Shown here piece after piece: positions 51,390-64,000 of a stretch of 64,000 nucleotides of DNA. This DNA is from Octopus vulgaris (Eukaryota). Below the pieces are notes generated by a model. That model searched no databases, was not told the DNA's origin, and saw only the letters and a program-made list of their open reading frames with translations. Position 1 is the stretch's first letter. Each line of letters starts with the position of its first letter. A program made the translations under genes and the position numbers. The stretch spans positions 63,116,001-63,180,000 of the forward strand of contig OX597817.1 in assembly GCA_951406725.2 (NCBI GenBank), written 5' to 3'.

Positions 51390-52330
51390 GGTTTCAATGC
51401 AGTTGTTCATAGATATTCTGTTTCTTACTGATTTCGGAAGAGATGTTCACATCTGCAGGGCAAATAAACTTTATACATGACTTTGCTTTTCTGTCCCAAA
51501 TAACAATGTCAGGCCTGTTATGTTGGCACTTAGTAGAAATTTAGTTTTGAGGGAAATGTTCAATCAGTATTCCTTGTACTGATATGTAAGTATACCAAAG
51601 CAGAGGTGTTGTTTATGTTTATTTCAGGGGTGTGTTTTCTGTGGATAGTCTTGTATAATTGTTTGGCAATAACATTGTGTCACTGTGGAAGGTAGTATCT
51701 CAATGACAATTTTGAACAACTGCTGATTACATGTGTTATGTCCTCCACAGAAGAGTGACATAATGGATACTTGCATTTGTATCCTGGGATTTTAATGGCT
51801 TCACTTCTTGAGATATTTTGTAGCTATTTCCTGCTCTTGAATTGCAGAAGCATAGCTTTTAAGATGTGGCATAATGTAACAATCACAAGTCCAAAAGAGG
51901 CTACACTTCATGTTGATATTGTCAGCCTTTCCTAGTTTATGGGAAACATACCCATGCATAACTTTTATATGCATGTTCTTCTCTTTCTCTTTTTAATTTT
52001 CGAGTAAATTTTGACCAGCCACCTACTTGGCAGCAAGGTTGTAAAGGAAAGTATTTTCTTTTGACCAAGATCTTTTAAGTCTCGAGAGGGTCTTTCAGAT
52101 TTTTATAGTCCCAGATATCATGATTATTTGTAGCATATGAATTAAGGATTTGCAATCTCTCTCCAAGACCCCCAAGAGCCATCCTTTGCTCCAGATGAGT
52201 TGGTATATATCCTGTTGCTCCAATAATAATAGGCCTGAAGCTGAAAGTGTATCTTGGGTACTGAATATGATGTGATGATCACATGCTATACACCTTCCTT
52301 CCAAGCACTGCTGTAAACAGCAGAAGTGAG
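51390..52330 (-). mobile_element. RLE-bearing non-LTR retrotransposon remnant (R4/Dong-like), heavily decayed
   Basis: Minus-strand fragments HGYVSHKL, AIQEQEIATKY, HNVIAKQLYK and TKCQHNRPDIVIWDRK, the last being a PD-(D/E)xK restriction-like endonuclease motif. Confidence 0.7.
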
Positions 52331-52502
52331 CTAGAACATTAAGACTTAGTATGCATGCACAGCAGAGTACACGGTCAATTTGTGCAAGTGGCTTCACTCT
52401 TTATGCTTTAGCTTCGTTACTATGGCAACAGTCCGGATACTTATTGATCCGGCCACATGTATGTATGCATGCATGTGTGTATGCGTTTTGTGTGTGTGTG
52501 TA

Positions 52503-52552
<50 letters not shown>

Positions 52553-53025
52553 TGTGAGCAAGATGGAAGCTTTAGAGGGCTTTAAATAATTATAAATGTA
52601 ATTCAGTCTTCATAGACATAATAAAATTAAAAAGGATTCTGGGTAAAATAAACATTTCTAATATTGATTATAATCAACCATGCAGGTGTTCAATTTTCTT
52701 TCCAGTATCACATCATCATCATCAACAACAGCAATAATGACAACAACAATAATAATATGAGAGTTAAGTATTTCAGAAATGTTTTAAAAGAACAATAATT
52801 GGCCATTAATAAGCCATTAGTATTACCATTTTTTTAATTAAAAAAAAATTAATTGCAATGCTTTCTTTAAATCTATTTCATGTTTTTCCTTGCAATAAAC
52901 TTTTTCATTGTATATTTAAAAATAATAGATAATAATTATTTCAGCTTCTTCCTCTTTTAATTTTAAACAAAAACTACAAAAATAAATAGGCACAAAATAC
53001 ATATATATCTTACATACTACAACAG

Positions 53026-53079
<54 letters not shown>

Positions 53080-54328
53080 GTGTTGTGTATGCATATGTTC
53101 CTTATGGATTTGAAAACTGAGTTGCCAATTTTGATGTATGCAACATCAGAAAATTCAGTAATCTTTCAGTTACCAAATAAAGTATGTTTTTTGCCCAACA
53201 ACTCTTTTTTACAACAAAAATAATCTTGCAAACGAGGTTGGGTTGCACAATTTTGAGGTTTTTAGCTAAAGGAGGCGACTCTGCCTGAACTATCTTTGTC
53301 TTACATACAGCATAAAGAGAAAATGTTTAAAATACATAGCGTTTTACCTGAGAATGAAACTTCGAAGATATACTGTCAACTTTATTAGTATTGTTTAGTA
53401 GATAATCTTTTAATGTGAAGTATGTTTTTCTGTGTTTTGTTTAGCCCTGAGTTGCCTCTCATTTAGCAGATCCATTGCATACTTTTTTCTTTCTGAAATA
53501 CTGTAAATCTGTGTCTTTCTTTTGATGTAAAGGTGTGTTTTAAGAGATTTTGCTGCTATTTGTAATAGCTCAAGTTACCACAGAGACACCTGTGTGTGTG
53601 TGTGTGATTTGTTGTGGTGACAAAAAATATTTTTCTCAGAATATCTTGCACAATAAATTTTAAAGAAATCTGAACATCTTTGTACTGCTAACTGTTCAAC
53701 TTCAAATTACAATTCTTAATTGTTGGAAGTCAAGTAGACTGAGATGTACATATATTGTTATCGTTTAGAATGGAAGTCTAATGTGAAGTTTTGAACTCAT
53801 TATTTTGTGGTTAGTAATCCATTACCTTAAATTTAAAGCCATGAAGTCTTTAGACATTATTTTACTGGGTTTAGTCTTTCGACTGTCATCATGATGGGGT
53901 ATCACCTTTAAAAGTTTAATTGATCATACTGACCTCAATAGGTGTTTCAATTTGGTATTTATTTTATAGATCTTTGCTTGATGAACAGCTAACTTTGAGA
54001 CATAGTGGGACACAATACTTGATTTAACAACAAATGTAAACATACACACACAGGCACACATATTAGGTGCAAGAATGACTGTGTGGTTGAGAAGTTTGCT
54101 TCCTAACCATACGGTTCTACATTTAGTCCTTCTGCAGGGGACCTTGGGCAAGTATTTTTCTACTATAACCCTATGCCAACCACAAACTTGTGACTGAATT
54201 TGGTACTTGGAAACTGTAGCATTGTTCATCAGAAAATGACAGAAAAACATGTTTATAAAAGAGTGTTGTCTGTTTCATACACCTCATGTGCTGATTCTAC
54301 CCATAAGAAAGCAACAAATAATATAATA

Positions 54329-54667
54329 GGGTAAAGACCCCTTTCGGTCATGAATGACCATGGGATTGCACCTTGAAAGTTACCCTCCTAGACACAAGTC
54401 CGGGCACGGTTGTTTATGGAAGACCAGCAGTCGCCCATGCATACCAGCCTCCCTCTCCACGCCACCAGTGTTATCCAAGGGAAAGACAAAGGTCGATACA
54501 GCTTGGCACCAGTGACGTCGCAACTCATTTCTACAGCTGAGTGAACTGGAGCAACGTGAAATAAAGTGCCTTGCTCAAGAACACAACACGCAGCCCGGTC
54601 CGGGATTCGAGCTCACAACCTCACGATCGTAAGCTCGACGCTCTAACCACTGAGCCATGCGCCTTCA
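54329..54667 (-). mobile_element. tRNA SINE with S3 head/core and a different 3' tail, young copy
   Basis: Intact A/B boxes (ggcgcatggctcagtggttagagcg...tcgaatcccg) and S3 core. The tail differs from 34977. aatataata is present on both sides. Confidence 0.85.
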
Positions 54668-54810
54668 CAAAAAATATAATATAATAATAGGAATAGTACA
54701 ATATAACGATACAATGCATCCCAGGGTCCATTGCTAGTGTATGTGTATGTGTGTGTGTGTAAATATATATGTGTGTGCGTGTGTGTGTGTATGTATGTAT
54801 GTATGTATAT

Positions 54811-55219
54811 ACTCTTTTCCTCTTTTACCTGTTTCAGTCATTTGACTGTGGCCATGCTGGAACACCACCTTTAGTCGAGCAAATCGACCACAGGACATAT
54901 TCTTTGTAAGTCTAGTATTTATTCTGCCGGTATCTTTTGCCGAACCGCTAAGTTACGGTGATATAAACACACCAGCATCGGTTGTCAAGCAATGTTGGGA
55001 GGACAAATACACACACACAAACATATACGCACACACACATATATATACATATACACGACGGGCCCCCTCCAGTCCCCGTTCACCAAATCCACCCACAAGG
55101 CTTTGGTCGACCCAAGGCTATAGTAGAAGACACTTGCCCAAAGTGTCACGCAGTGGGACTGAACCCAGAACCATGTGGTTCGCAAATAAGCCACTTACAA
55201 CACAGCCACCCTTACGCCC
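54811..55219 (-). mobile_element. S1 SINE, full length
   Basis: Aligns with 16027-16448. Confidence 0.88.
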
Positions 55220-55220
55220 A

Positions 55221-55309
<89 letters not shown>

Positions 55310-57144
55310 GTATCATCATCATCATCAGCATTATCATCATCATCATTTAACATCCATGCTGGTATGGGTTGGATGGTTTAACAGGAGCTGGCCAGGAAGG
55401 AGCCTTTACCATACTTCTGTGTCTGTTTTGGCATGGGTTTTACAGCTTGATGCCCTTCCTAAAACCAACTACTCTATAGAGTGGACTGAGTGCTTTTTGC
55501 ATGGCACTTGCACAAGTGAGGTTAGTTTTGGTGAGGCTTTTACAGCTGGATGCCCTTCCAAACGACAACCACTTTACAGTGCAGACTGGGTGCTTTTTAA
55601 GTGGCACCTACACTGGCAGGATCATCGAATGACTTTCCAAGACACTTTGTCTTTAAATTTAAGGGTGAATGTTTGTTTAAGGAATGACAAAATGAACTGC
55701 ACCTTCTACGATGTATCGGGGGTTTTTTTCTCAGACTTCTCACTAAGTGATCCACTACATACTCTCCCTCTCTTTCTCTCTATCTCTCACTCTCTCTTCC
55801 TTCATCTCTCAAACTGATGAGAAAATTTGAGAGCTTGACTTTAAAACTGCTAAGATTCTAATGCTAATATTATGGATATCAACAGACCATAGATACATGA
55901 TCTGAGTCCTGGTCTCCTATTGTTGTTGATAATACCCAGTGTTACTTAGAAACATGCTACTGAAGAAATATATAATTTCTTTATTACTTTTGTGTCTTTT
56001 TTTTTTCGTTTAAAGAATCCTGTATATATATTAACTTCCAGTTTCCGAGGCATTAAATGGTAAATGGACACGGATGTAGCACATAGACACTATTTACAAC
56101 CAGGAATTGAAATCTCAGTCTGAATGTGTCTCTATTATTTTCCATTGTTCTCTGAATTTGCACTCAGAATTTATGAGTATTATCTATTAAATTTACCATC
56201 AATGTAGATGAAACTGTTTTCAGTTAAGATAAACCCATTCATTTCCATTGTTATATTGGACTAGTGTGAACTTCATCACCGCCGCCGCCGTCGTCGTTGT
56301 CGTCGTCATCGTCATCATCATCATCATCATCATCATTTAATGCCTATTTTCGATGCTGGTATGTACTGGACTGTTTGACAGGTGCTGGCAAAGCTAGGGG
56401 CTGCATCAGGATCCATTGGCAACATTTTGCATGGCTTGGTTTCTACAGATGAATGTCCTTCCTAAAACCAGCTACTTTACAGAGTATACTGGGTGTTTTT
56501 TACATGAGTTTTACATGAGTTTTTTACATGGCTTGGTTTCTACAGATGGATGTCCTTCCTAATACCAGTTACTTTACAGAGTATACTGGGTGTTTTTTTT
56601 ACATGACACGAACACTGGTGCTTTTTATGTGTTACCAACATCAGTACTTTTTATGTGGGTGGACCAGTCATCTTGAGGACAATGACTTAAAACACAAAAT
56701 CCCTTCTACTCTCAACTATGTCATAGAGGTAACACCTCCCCCACCTTCCTTTTGCCATCAATGACAAACCTTGTACAAGCCTTAATTCACTATCATTTTC
56801 CTCACACATGATTTAGTTGTAAGCCTGCTACAGCTACAATGACAGGAGATTCTCTAATAAACTAACCAGTAATCTATTTCCAATGCTTAGAAGTTCTGAT
56901 AAACTTTGTATTGGTTACATAAAGTCTATGATAATTATGAAGTATTTCTTCTGTCAATTTATTTCAAGAATCCTGAAATTACCAACTATGCAGTTTGTAG
57001 TTCTACTTGAAATGCAGCTGCAACCAAACTTAAAACCAATTACCAACTACAACTCACATACAACTATTACAATTAGTGATGCCAACAAACCACTTGCTTT
57101 ATAATCATTGCTTATATTTCTCCAACAGGACAGAAGCCAGTCTA

Positions 57145-58434
57145 CGAGGGTGTACTGAAAAGTTCATTGGTTAACTATGAAGGAGTGTTGTTAGAGCTGT
57201 AAAATCTTGCATGCATTAATTTCAACTCTTCTTCTTGATAACTGCATTGATTCTTTCCAGTTAAACTGACGTCTCACCATTCAAAAATCATTTCAAAAGT
57301 AACTAGTAGTGACTTTTCTTAAAAATTGACAAAATTTGACCTCGTGATATGATCAAGTACTTGCGGAAAAAGTTTTAGTTTCCAAGGACATTCATGCTGA
57401 CATGGTTGCTACATTAGGGGATGATGCTCCAGGTTTATGAACAGTGTAAAAGTGGGCAGCTGAATTTAGGAGGAGAAGGGAGGGTCTTGAAGATGACCCA
57501 AGCTCTGAATGTCCTTCAACTGCCACCACCTAGGAAAACATTGATCATGTTCACCACATGCTTATGGATGACAGGCAGTTAACTATAAATCAAATATCCA
57601 ATGCTATTAGTATATTTCATGTGAGAGTTGAGAATATTCTGCACAATAATCTTCGTATGATGAAGGTTTATGTTTGGTGGGTGCCATGTCTTCTGACACC
57701 TGATCAAAAGTGCACCAGGCTGATCACATCATGGGAAAATTTGTCATGGTTTGTTTGAGGTAGATCCAACTGGTGTCCTTGAATGGTTCCTAAGCCAGGA
57801 TGAGTGTTGGGTTCATCACTTTGAGTCAGAGACAAAGAGACAATCCATGCAGTGGAAACACTTCTCCTCACCTGCTCCAAAGAAGGCCAAGGTTGTCTCA
57901 TATGAAGGGAAGGTGATGGCCTCAGTTTTTTTGGAATGCTAAGGGCATTGTGCTTATTGATTCTTTTCAAAATAGCCCCACCATCAGTGGAGAGTACTAT
58001 GCCAACTAGTGGAGGAAGTCATGAAGGGCTATCAAGACCAAACAACCAGGAAATCTGATAAATGGGGTCTTGTTCTTCAGGACAATGCTCTAGCACCCAA
58101 ATCCTTGTTTTCTATGACTGCTGTGTGTGATTGTGACTTAGAACTGGCTGATCACCATTATTCTGATTTGGCTCCATCTAATTATCAACTGTTAGCCAAC
58201 ATGAAAATACTCTTGGCTGGGAACCAGAATGGCAGTGATGATGATGTCATATCTGCTGTAGATGAGTTTGTTGACCAATAGGAGGAAAGCCTCTTCACCA
58301 ATTGGATCCAAGCACTGCAACACCAATGAAAGAAGTATGGAGCGCAAGAGGGACTATGTTGAAAAATAAACCTCATTTGGTCATATTCCATGAGAGTAAC
58401 TTGGTCAGCCTATGAACTTTTCAGCCAACCTTCG
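57145..58434 (+). mobile_element. Full-length mariner (irritans-like), heavily decayed
   Basis: TA-cgagggtgtactgaaaagttc ... gaacttttcagccaaccttcg-TA. Motifs WVPCLLT, QDECWVHHF, KVMASVF, QDNA and YSDLAPSNY. Confidence 0.9.
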
Positions 58435-59079
58435 TATTGCATATATCTTTTTGAAACCTTTTATTTATTACTGAGTGAATATATAAACTATATAAATAAT
58501 GAAGTTTCCTTGTGAGGAAATTACAAGGATAGGCTTTCTTTTAACTGATGAATTCATTGTGTAGTTATATAAAACTTTATCCATTCAGCCTTTTCATCAC
58601 TTTTGCACTGTTTTATATAAATGCTAAATAACAACAGCTGTCATTCTGTTCATGTTTGCTAATATAAAAACTATAGATTGAGATTTAGCACCTTTGGCAG
58701 GGAAAATTGATTGAAGTTTTATTAGTTTAAAGTGAAACCTTAAAAAATATTTGTGTGTGCTTGTGTGTGTGGTCTGTTGTTGATTAAATGAAATTGGAAA
58801 TCTTATATAGACACAAATACACATACACATACAAAAACAGATAAGCACACACACTCTCTCTCTCACACACACACACATACAAACACACACTCAAACGTGT
58901 GCATGAAAGTACATGTACACTTAAAATACATTTATTTTGACCATTCACCAACATCCGTAAAAGAAATTTATGACACATACACATGCATACATATATTGAT
59001 ACAAACACACACACATATATAGCATATATGCATACATACATACACACACCTACATACACACACACACAAAATTCTTTGT

Positions 59080-60210
59080 CTATCTGTCTGTCTGTCTGCT
59101 TCCTATGCATTCTCAAACAACTCCACCAAATCAAATCAGATTTTACAAGGTAGTAGTATTAGGCCCCACAAGTGTCAACATGTAATTTTTATTTTCATTT
59201 GGATTAAAACAATATAACATTTTATCTAAAATAATCTTTCCATAGTTGACTATAGTAAAGGACATTTTATACCACAACAATGATGACGACGACACATTTT
59301 GCATATGAGTGAGTATATGTCTGTGAGTGTGTGCATGTGTTTGCACATTCATTGCATAAATGTATGTCTGTGTGTGTTTGTCTTAGTATATGAGAGTGTA
59401 TGTGAGAATGTATGTGTGTGTGAGAGTGTATGTGTGATTGTCAATTACACTGATGTAAACTGGCCATGTGAAAGAGCTATACTGGCTCCAACTAATGAAA
59501 TGGTTGATAAACTCAATCATAAACTTCTTCAAAAGTTAACAGATACATTAGAAATGACTTTTCCATCAATTCACACAACAGTCGATCAAGATCAGGCTGT
59601 TCAATACTCTGTTGAATTTCTGAACACACTTAAACCCACTGGGATACCACCACATAACTTGACACTAAAGCTGGATGCTTCCATTATATTGTTTAGGAAT
59701 CTTGACCCACCTCGCCTGTGTAATGGAACTGCAGACAACAATCATAATGGATAGTCACAAAGGAGAAAGTGTCTTTATTCTAAAATTTCCTCTCATACAT
59801 ACAGATGCTCCATTTGAATTTAAGAGACTACAGTTTCCAGTCAAACTAAGTTTTGGTATTTCAATTGACAGATCTCAGGGTCAGTCCCTCAATGCAGTTG
59901 GACATCATCTCTCTACTACATGCTCCTCCCATGGCCAACTCTATTCTGGTTGCTCATAAGTTGGAAGCAGAAACAATTTATTCATTTGGACACCAACAAA
60001 AAATTACACAATGAATATTGTTTACCCTGAGGTGCTTCAAGATTGACAGATTTTCAGTTCTAAATTCTATTATCATTACAATTTGGATATTTTTTAATAA
60101 AATATAGATATTTTAAAATAATTATGAGAGAAAAAATATATCTTCATATTTATTGTTTACTAATCTGAGTAAGAACAGCAGTAACCTGGGCAGTGCCAGG
60201 TAATTCAGCT
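59080..60210 (+). mobile_element. Deleted Helitron with Pif1-like helicase C-terminal remnant
   Basis: 59440-60047 reads ERAILAPTN...EFLNTLKPTGIPPHNLTLK...RNLDPPRLCNGT, FKRLQFPVKLSFGISIDRSQGQS...HGQLY and NIVYPEVL. 3' hairpin acctgggcagtgccaggt followed by ctaa-t. Confidence 0.88.
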
Positions 60211-60226
60211 AATATATATATATATG

Positions 60227-60274
<48 letters not shown>

Positions 60275-61527
60275 ATTATAACAAGAGCTTGGCTTGCCTC
60301 ACCATGCACTGAAAAATAGACGTCAAAAGACACTATTGCCAATTTAAAATATTTATATTAATTTACCTACAAGGTTTTATTTCTGCGCTGACCACTTGGT
60401 AAAAGTCATTTATGATTTTACCATTTATTATTATTATTATATATATATGCACACACAAACATATGTAATATGTGTATATATACATACACATGTATAGATA
60501 TATAGCATTTGTACATGTATGCATGAATAAGTCAAAACATATAAACTAACATATGCAATAGTATGGATGCATGCATGCATACATATGCATATACATACAT
60601 ACATATGCATATACATACATACATAGAAATAACTAACTACACTTCTCACCAACAAATAGTAAAAAGTATAACAGAAAAAAATGTTTGAACATTGCAAACA
60701 AAGAATATTTAAGTCTAAATTTATCAAATTAAAGTAGAAGTTAAAAGCTGCCAGTGAGAAACTCTGTCAGAAAAGAGATGATAAAAGAAAGATAATTAAC
60801 AAGAAATTCAGTTGAAACCAATCAGTAGTTAACAGAAGATGTGAGAAGACAATTAATAAATTACTTCTCAGGAAGATTATGGATTGATTCTGGAAAAAAA
60901 TATTGTGCGAGGGAAAAGGAGTTTTAACTAGAACGCAGTGAGAAAGGATAAGAAATACTGTCCTTGTGTTTTACTAAACGTATGTTGTATTAATGGTGAT
61001 ATCTTTGAAGCTGTGATAGAATTATTCAGGACTAGCAGGACCCATGAATATTTCACAGAATTAATAGTAAACCTATTTATGGGGTTATTCCTGAAAACTT
61101 TATCCAAAAAACCTGAAAGCGTAGCCTGTGTTGTATCTATATCAAAAGATAAGTCGCTCATCTGCTATTTATTGGAAAGTGAAAGAAATTGGAATACGAT
61201 GATTACTTAATGCACTCTATATATATATTATATACTTTATATACTTTATGCATAATTTTATAGACAGTACACAGCACTCCTATTTTTCCATTTCCCCCAT
61301 AAACAGGAAAAATGACATTTTAAAATTTACATGGTCACAATTTCATATCTAGAAAACAAAAGTTTTATAGTAAAAAAAATTTATTTCATATGTAAAATAT
61401 AGGGGTCACAGTTTCACAGGGTAAAAAATTAATGCAACATGGCTTACTCTGGAAACCATATCGTTGGTAACTTATAAGCCAAGGCAATGGGTCAGAGCCA
61501 ATACACATTTTAATTTGCGTACACCTT

Positions 61528-61800
61528 TCAATCCAATACTTCTTTGCAGACTATGTTCTTTGTGTAAGTTCTCCCTCTTCTTTTCCCTTGTTTGTCAGTG
61601 TTGGTAGCTTTAACTCTCACAGCAGATAATTTCTGAGCCCTTGAGAATGCAAAATATAGCTGACCATGGCTGAATACAGGTTCAGGTAAGAACAGCCCCA
61701 CTTTATCAAATGTCTGCTCTTGTGATTTATTGATAGTCATTGTATATGACAGGCAAACAGGAAACTGGTTTCTATCTAAAGTGAATGGCAAGTTTGGGAT
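61528..61800 (-). pseudogene. Second Helitron Pif1-like helicase C-terminal fragment
   Basis: LPFTLDRNQFPVCLSYTMTINKSQEQTFDKVGLFLPEPVFSHGQLYFAFSR...TKNIVCKEVL. Confidence 0.88.
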
Positions 61801-61899
61801 GCACATGTGTTAAGTGATAAGTGATATAAAAATCTTAATTCAACAAAAAAAAATTACTTTTCACTATGCACTCACTATCACCATCTCCACAGTACTTTT

Positions 61900-63320
61900 G
61901 AGTTGGCTGGTTATGCAACACTGGTGTAGGTTACAGCTGTGAACTCACTTTATTTGTCGGGTCTTCTTAGTCACAGCATATCTCCAAAGGTCTCGATCAT
62001 TTGTCATTGCCTCTGTGAGGTCCAACGTTTGAAGGTTATGCTTCACCATTTCATCCCATGTCTTCCTGGGTCTCTTCTACACTGGATTCTTTCCACTGAT
62101 TGGGAGTGGCACTTCTTCACACTGCTCTCCACATGCATCTGTAGTACATGGCCATACCAATGCAAACGTCTCTCTTGCACTCCACATCTGAGGCTTCTTA
62201 TGTCCAACATTTCTCTCAGGGCACTTACGCTCTATAGTGTGTGCACACTGACATTACACATCCAGCGGATCATGCTTGCTACGCATGTCATCTGCAGTCA
62301 TGGCCCATGTTTCACTGCCGTGAAGCATGGCAGTTCACACACATACATTGTACAATCTACCTTTCCCTCTGAGCAAGAGGCCCTTTGTCACCAGTAGGAG
62401 TAGAAGCTTTCTGAGCTTTGTCCAAGCTATTTTTATTCTAGTGGTAACACTCTCTGAGCATCCACCCCAACTACAGACTTGGTCACCTAGGTAGCAGAAA
62501 CTATTAACTACTTCCAGTTTCTCCTCGTGACATGTGATGGAATCTGTTTTCTGAGCATCTGTGATGTTTATTGCCCCTGTGCATATGCCGCACACAAAAG
62601 CTATCTTCTCGGTTAATCATCCTTTGATGTTGTTGCACCTCTTATGTGTCCATAGCTTACACTGGGTACATCTTATGGAGTTTCTACCTACACCTTTTCT
62701 ACAGATCGAGCAGGGCCACCTACCTGAAGGGGTGTGTGATGTGTTCACCTTCCTACTTACTAGAACTTTGGTCTTTGCAACATTGATTCTAAGGCCCTTC
62801 AAATCTAAACCTTGCTTCCACAACTGAAATTTCTTCTCTAGTTCTGGTAGTGATTCTGCTATGAGGGCCAGGTCATCAGCGTAGAGGAGCTCCCATGGGC
62901 AACCTGTCTTGAATTCCTCGTTATTGCCTGGAGGACTATGATGAATAAGAGGGGGATGAGGGCTGATCCTTGGTGGACCCCTACTTTTACCCGGAATTCT
63001 TCACTATACTCATTGCCAACCCTAACCTTACTAACAGCATCTCTGTATAGGGCCTGTACAGCCCTTATTAACCATTTGTCAACCCCCAGTTTTCGCATCA
63101 CCCACCAGATAAGGGATCAAGGGACCCTGTCAAAGGCTTTCTCCAAGTCCACAAAAGCTAAGTATAGGGTTTTATTTTTGGCTAAGTATTTCTCCTGCAG
63201 TTGTTGTACCAGGAATATAGCGAACTGCATCTCATCTAAGCAGACTCTCTCCCTAATTAGTTGGGCTATGACCCTCTCCATGACCTTCATCACCTGATCC
63301 AACAGTTTGATACCCCTGTT
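61900..63320 (-). mobile_element. RTE-clade LINE, 5'-truncated reverse-transcriptase pseudogene
   Basis: RGIKLL, AFVDLEKAFDRVP, GVHQGSALIPLLF, LLYADD, GLRINVAKTK, the CSIC...CTQC...HKRC insert, and FCYLG. Confidence 0.92.
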
Positions 63321-63848
63321 TTTGAAAATTACTAAACTCAATAATGAACTATGCCAATGGATCTAGTATGCATATATGAAGTAAATAAAATCATGAGAGC
63401 TGGAAAGGAGCACCTCAAAAGATATTAACTGATTGATGGCCATTGATGCTCATCAGGAAAGGTATTCAGTTCTGCTACAAAATAATCATCTGACAAAAAC
63501 GCTTTCAGTCTATCAGTAGAAAGTTATGCATTGATGTTGTGTCAGAAAAGCTGAAAGTGACTGTAAATCAGATAATCTAAGTTGTCTATTTTGAACCAAC
63601 AAAACATTGTTTTGAAAGGTAGTCATTTGCAATCATTGAACAGGAAATAATAATGAAGTACTTGAGGAACATAAAAGGAATGGGGTGCAAATAAAACACT
63701 TTATGCAATAATCCATTCAGGTTTTATGGAACTAACACATAAGATTTCACCCACATTATAAAATGACATCATGTTCTAAGAACATGATATAGTAGCCAAA
63801 ATACTGTACAATACAATCTATAGAAAGGATACATGGAAGACAAAAATA

Positions 63849-64000
63849 TTGGGTTGTCCGGAAAGTTTGTGCCGATTTTTAAAGGAAAGAAAAAGGTCAA
63901 TAAATGCTTGCCATTACATTTTTAATCAACCAAATATTAACCATTTTGTTGCACAATACGTCTCCATCTTTCCTTTAATTTGAAAATACCCTCTACCCAG
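63849..64000 (-). mobile_element. 3' end of a third mariner, running out of the window
   Basis: TA-ttgggttgtccggaaagtt TIR. Minus strand reads WVEGIFKLKERWRRIVQQNG, a mariner C-terminus. Confidence 0.8.

Noticed and set aside
54590-54667. tRNA gene
   Set aside because: The tRNA-like sequence is the head of a SINE and continues into the SINE core. No complete cloverleaf was confirmed.

Overview
AT-rich eukaryotic DNA made almost entirely of repeats. The SINE families, very long (TA)n/(GATA)n microsatellites and TTAGGG repeats suggest an octopus (cephalopod mollusc) genome, which is an inference from repeat content. No intact host gene can be assembled, and most ORFs in the track are microsatellite artefacts. 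Recognisable content: decayed DNA transposons (Tc1, three mariners, a DUF4817/rosa-type element, hAT, piggyBac, a Tigger-like MITE, foldback MITEs with GGATC ends and 8-bp TSDs), Helitrons (non-autonomous copies and Pif1 helicase remnants), LINE remnants (RTE, CR1-group, RLE-bearing R4/Dong-like), three tRNA-SINE families, and several Penelope-like (PLE) elements inserted in (TA)n that carry hammerhead ribozymes. The most notable signal is a roughly 0.8-kb non-coding family with six copies. It contains what looks like a non-circularly permuted (pseudoknotted) hammerhead supported by compensatory base changes between copies, and three copies are more than one unit long with different end points, as expected for a retrozyme-like or circular-RNA intermediate. 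Also notable are TIR elements that carry telomeric repeats internally and a four-level nested transposon at 6.8-12.8 kb. All structures were read by eye, and coordinates of decayed elements are approximate.
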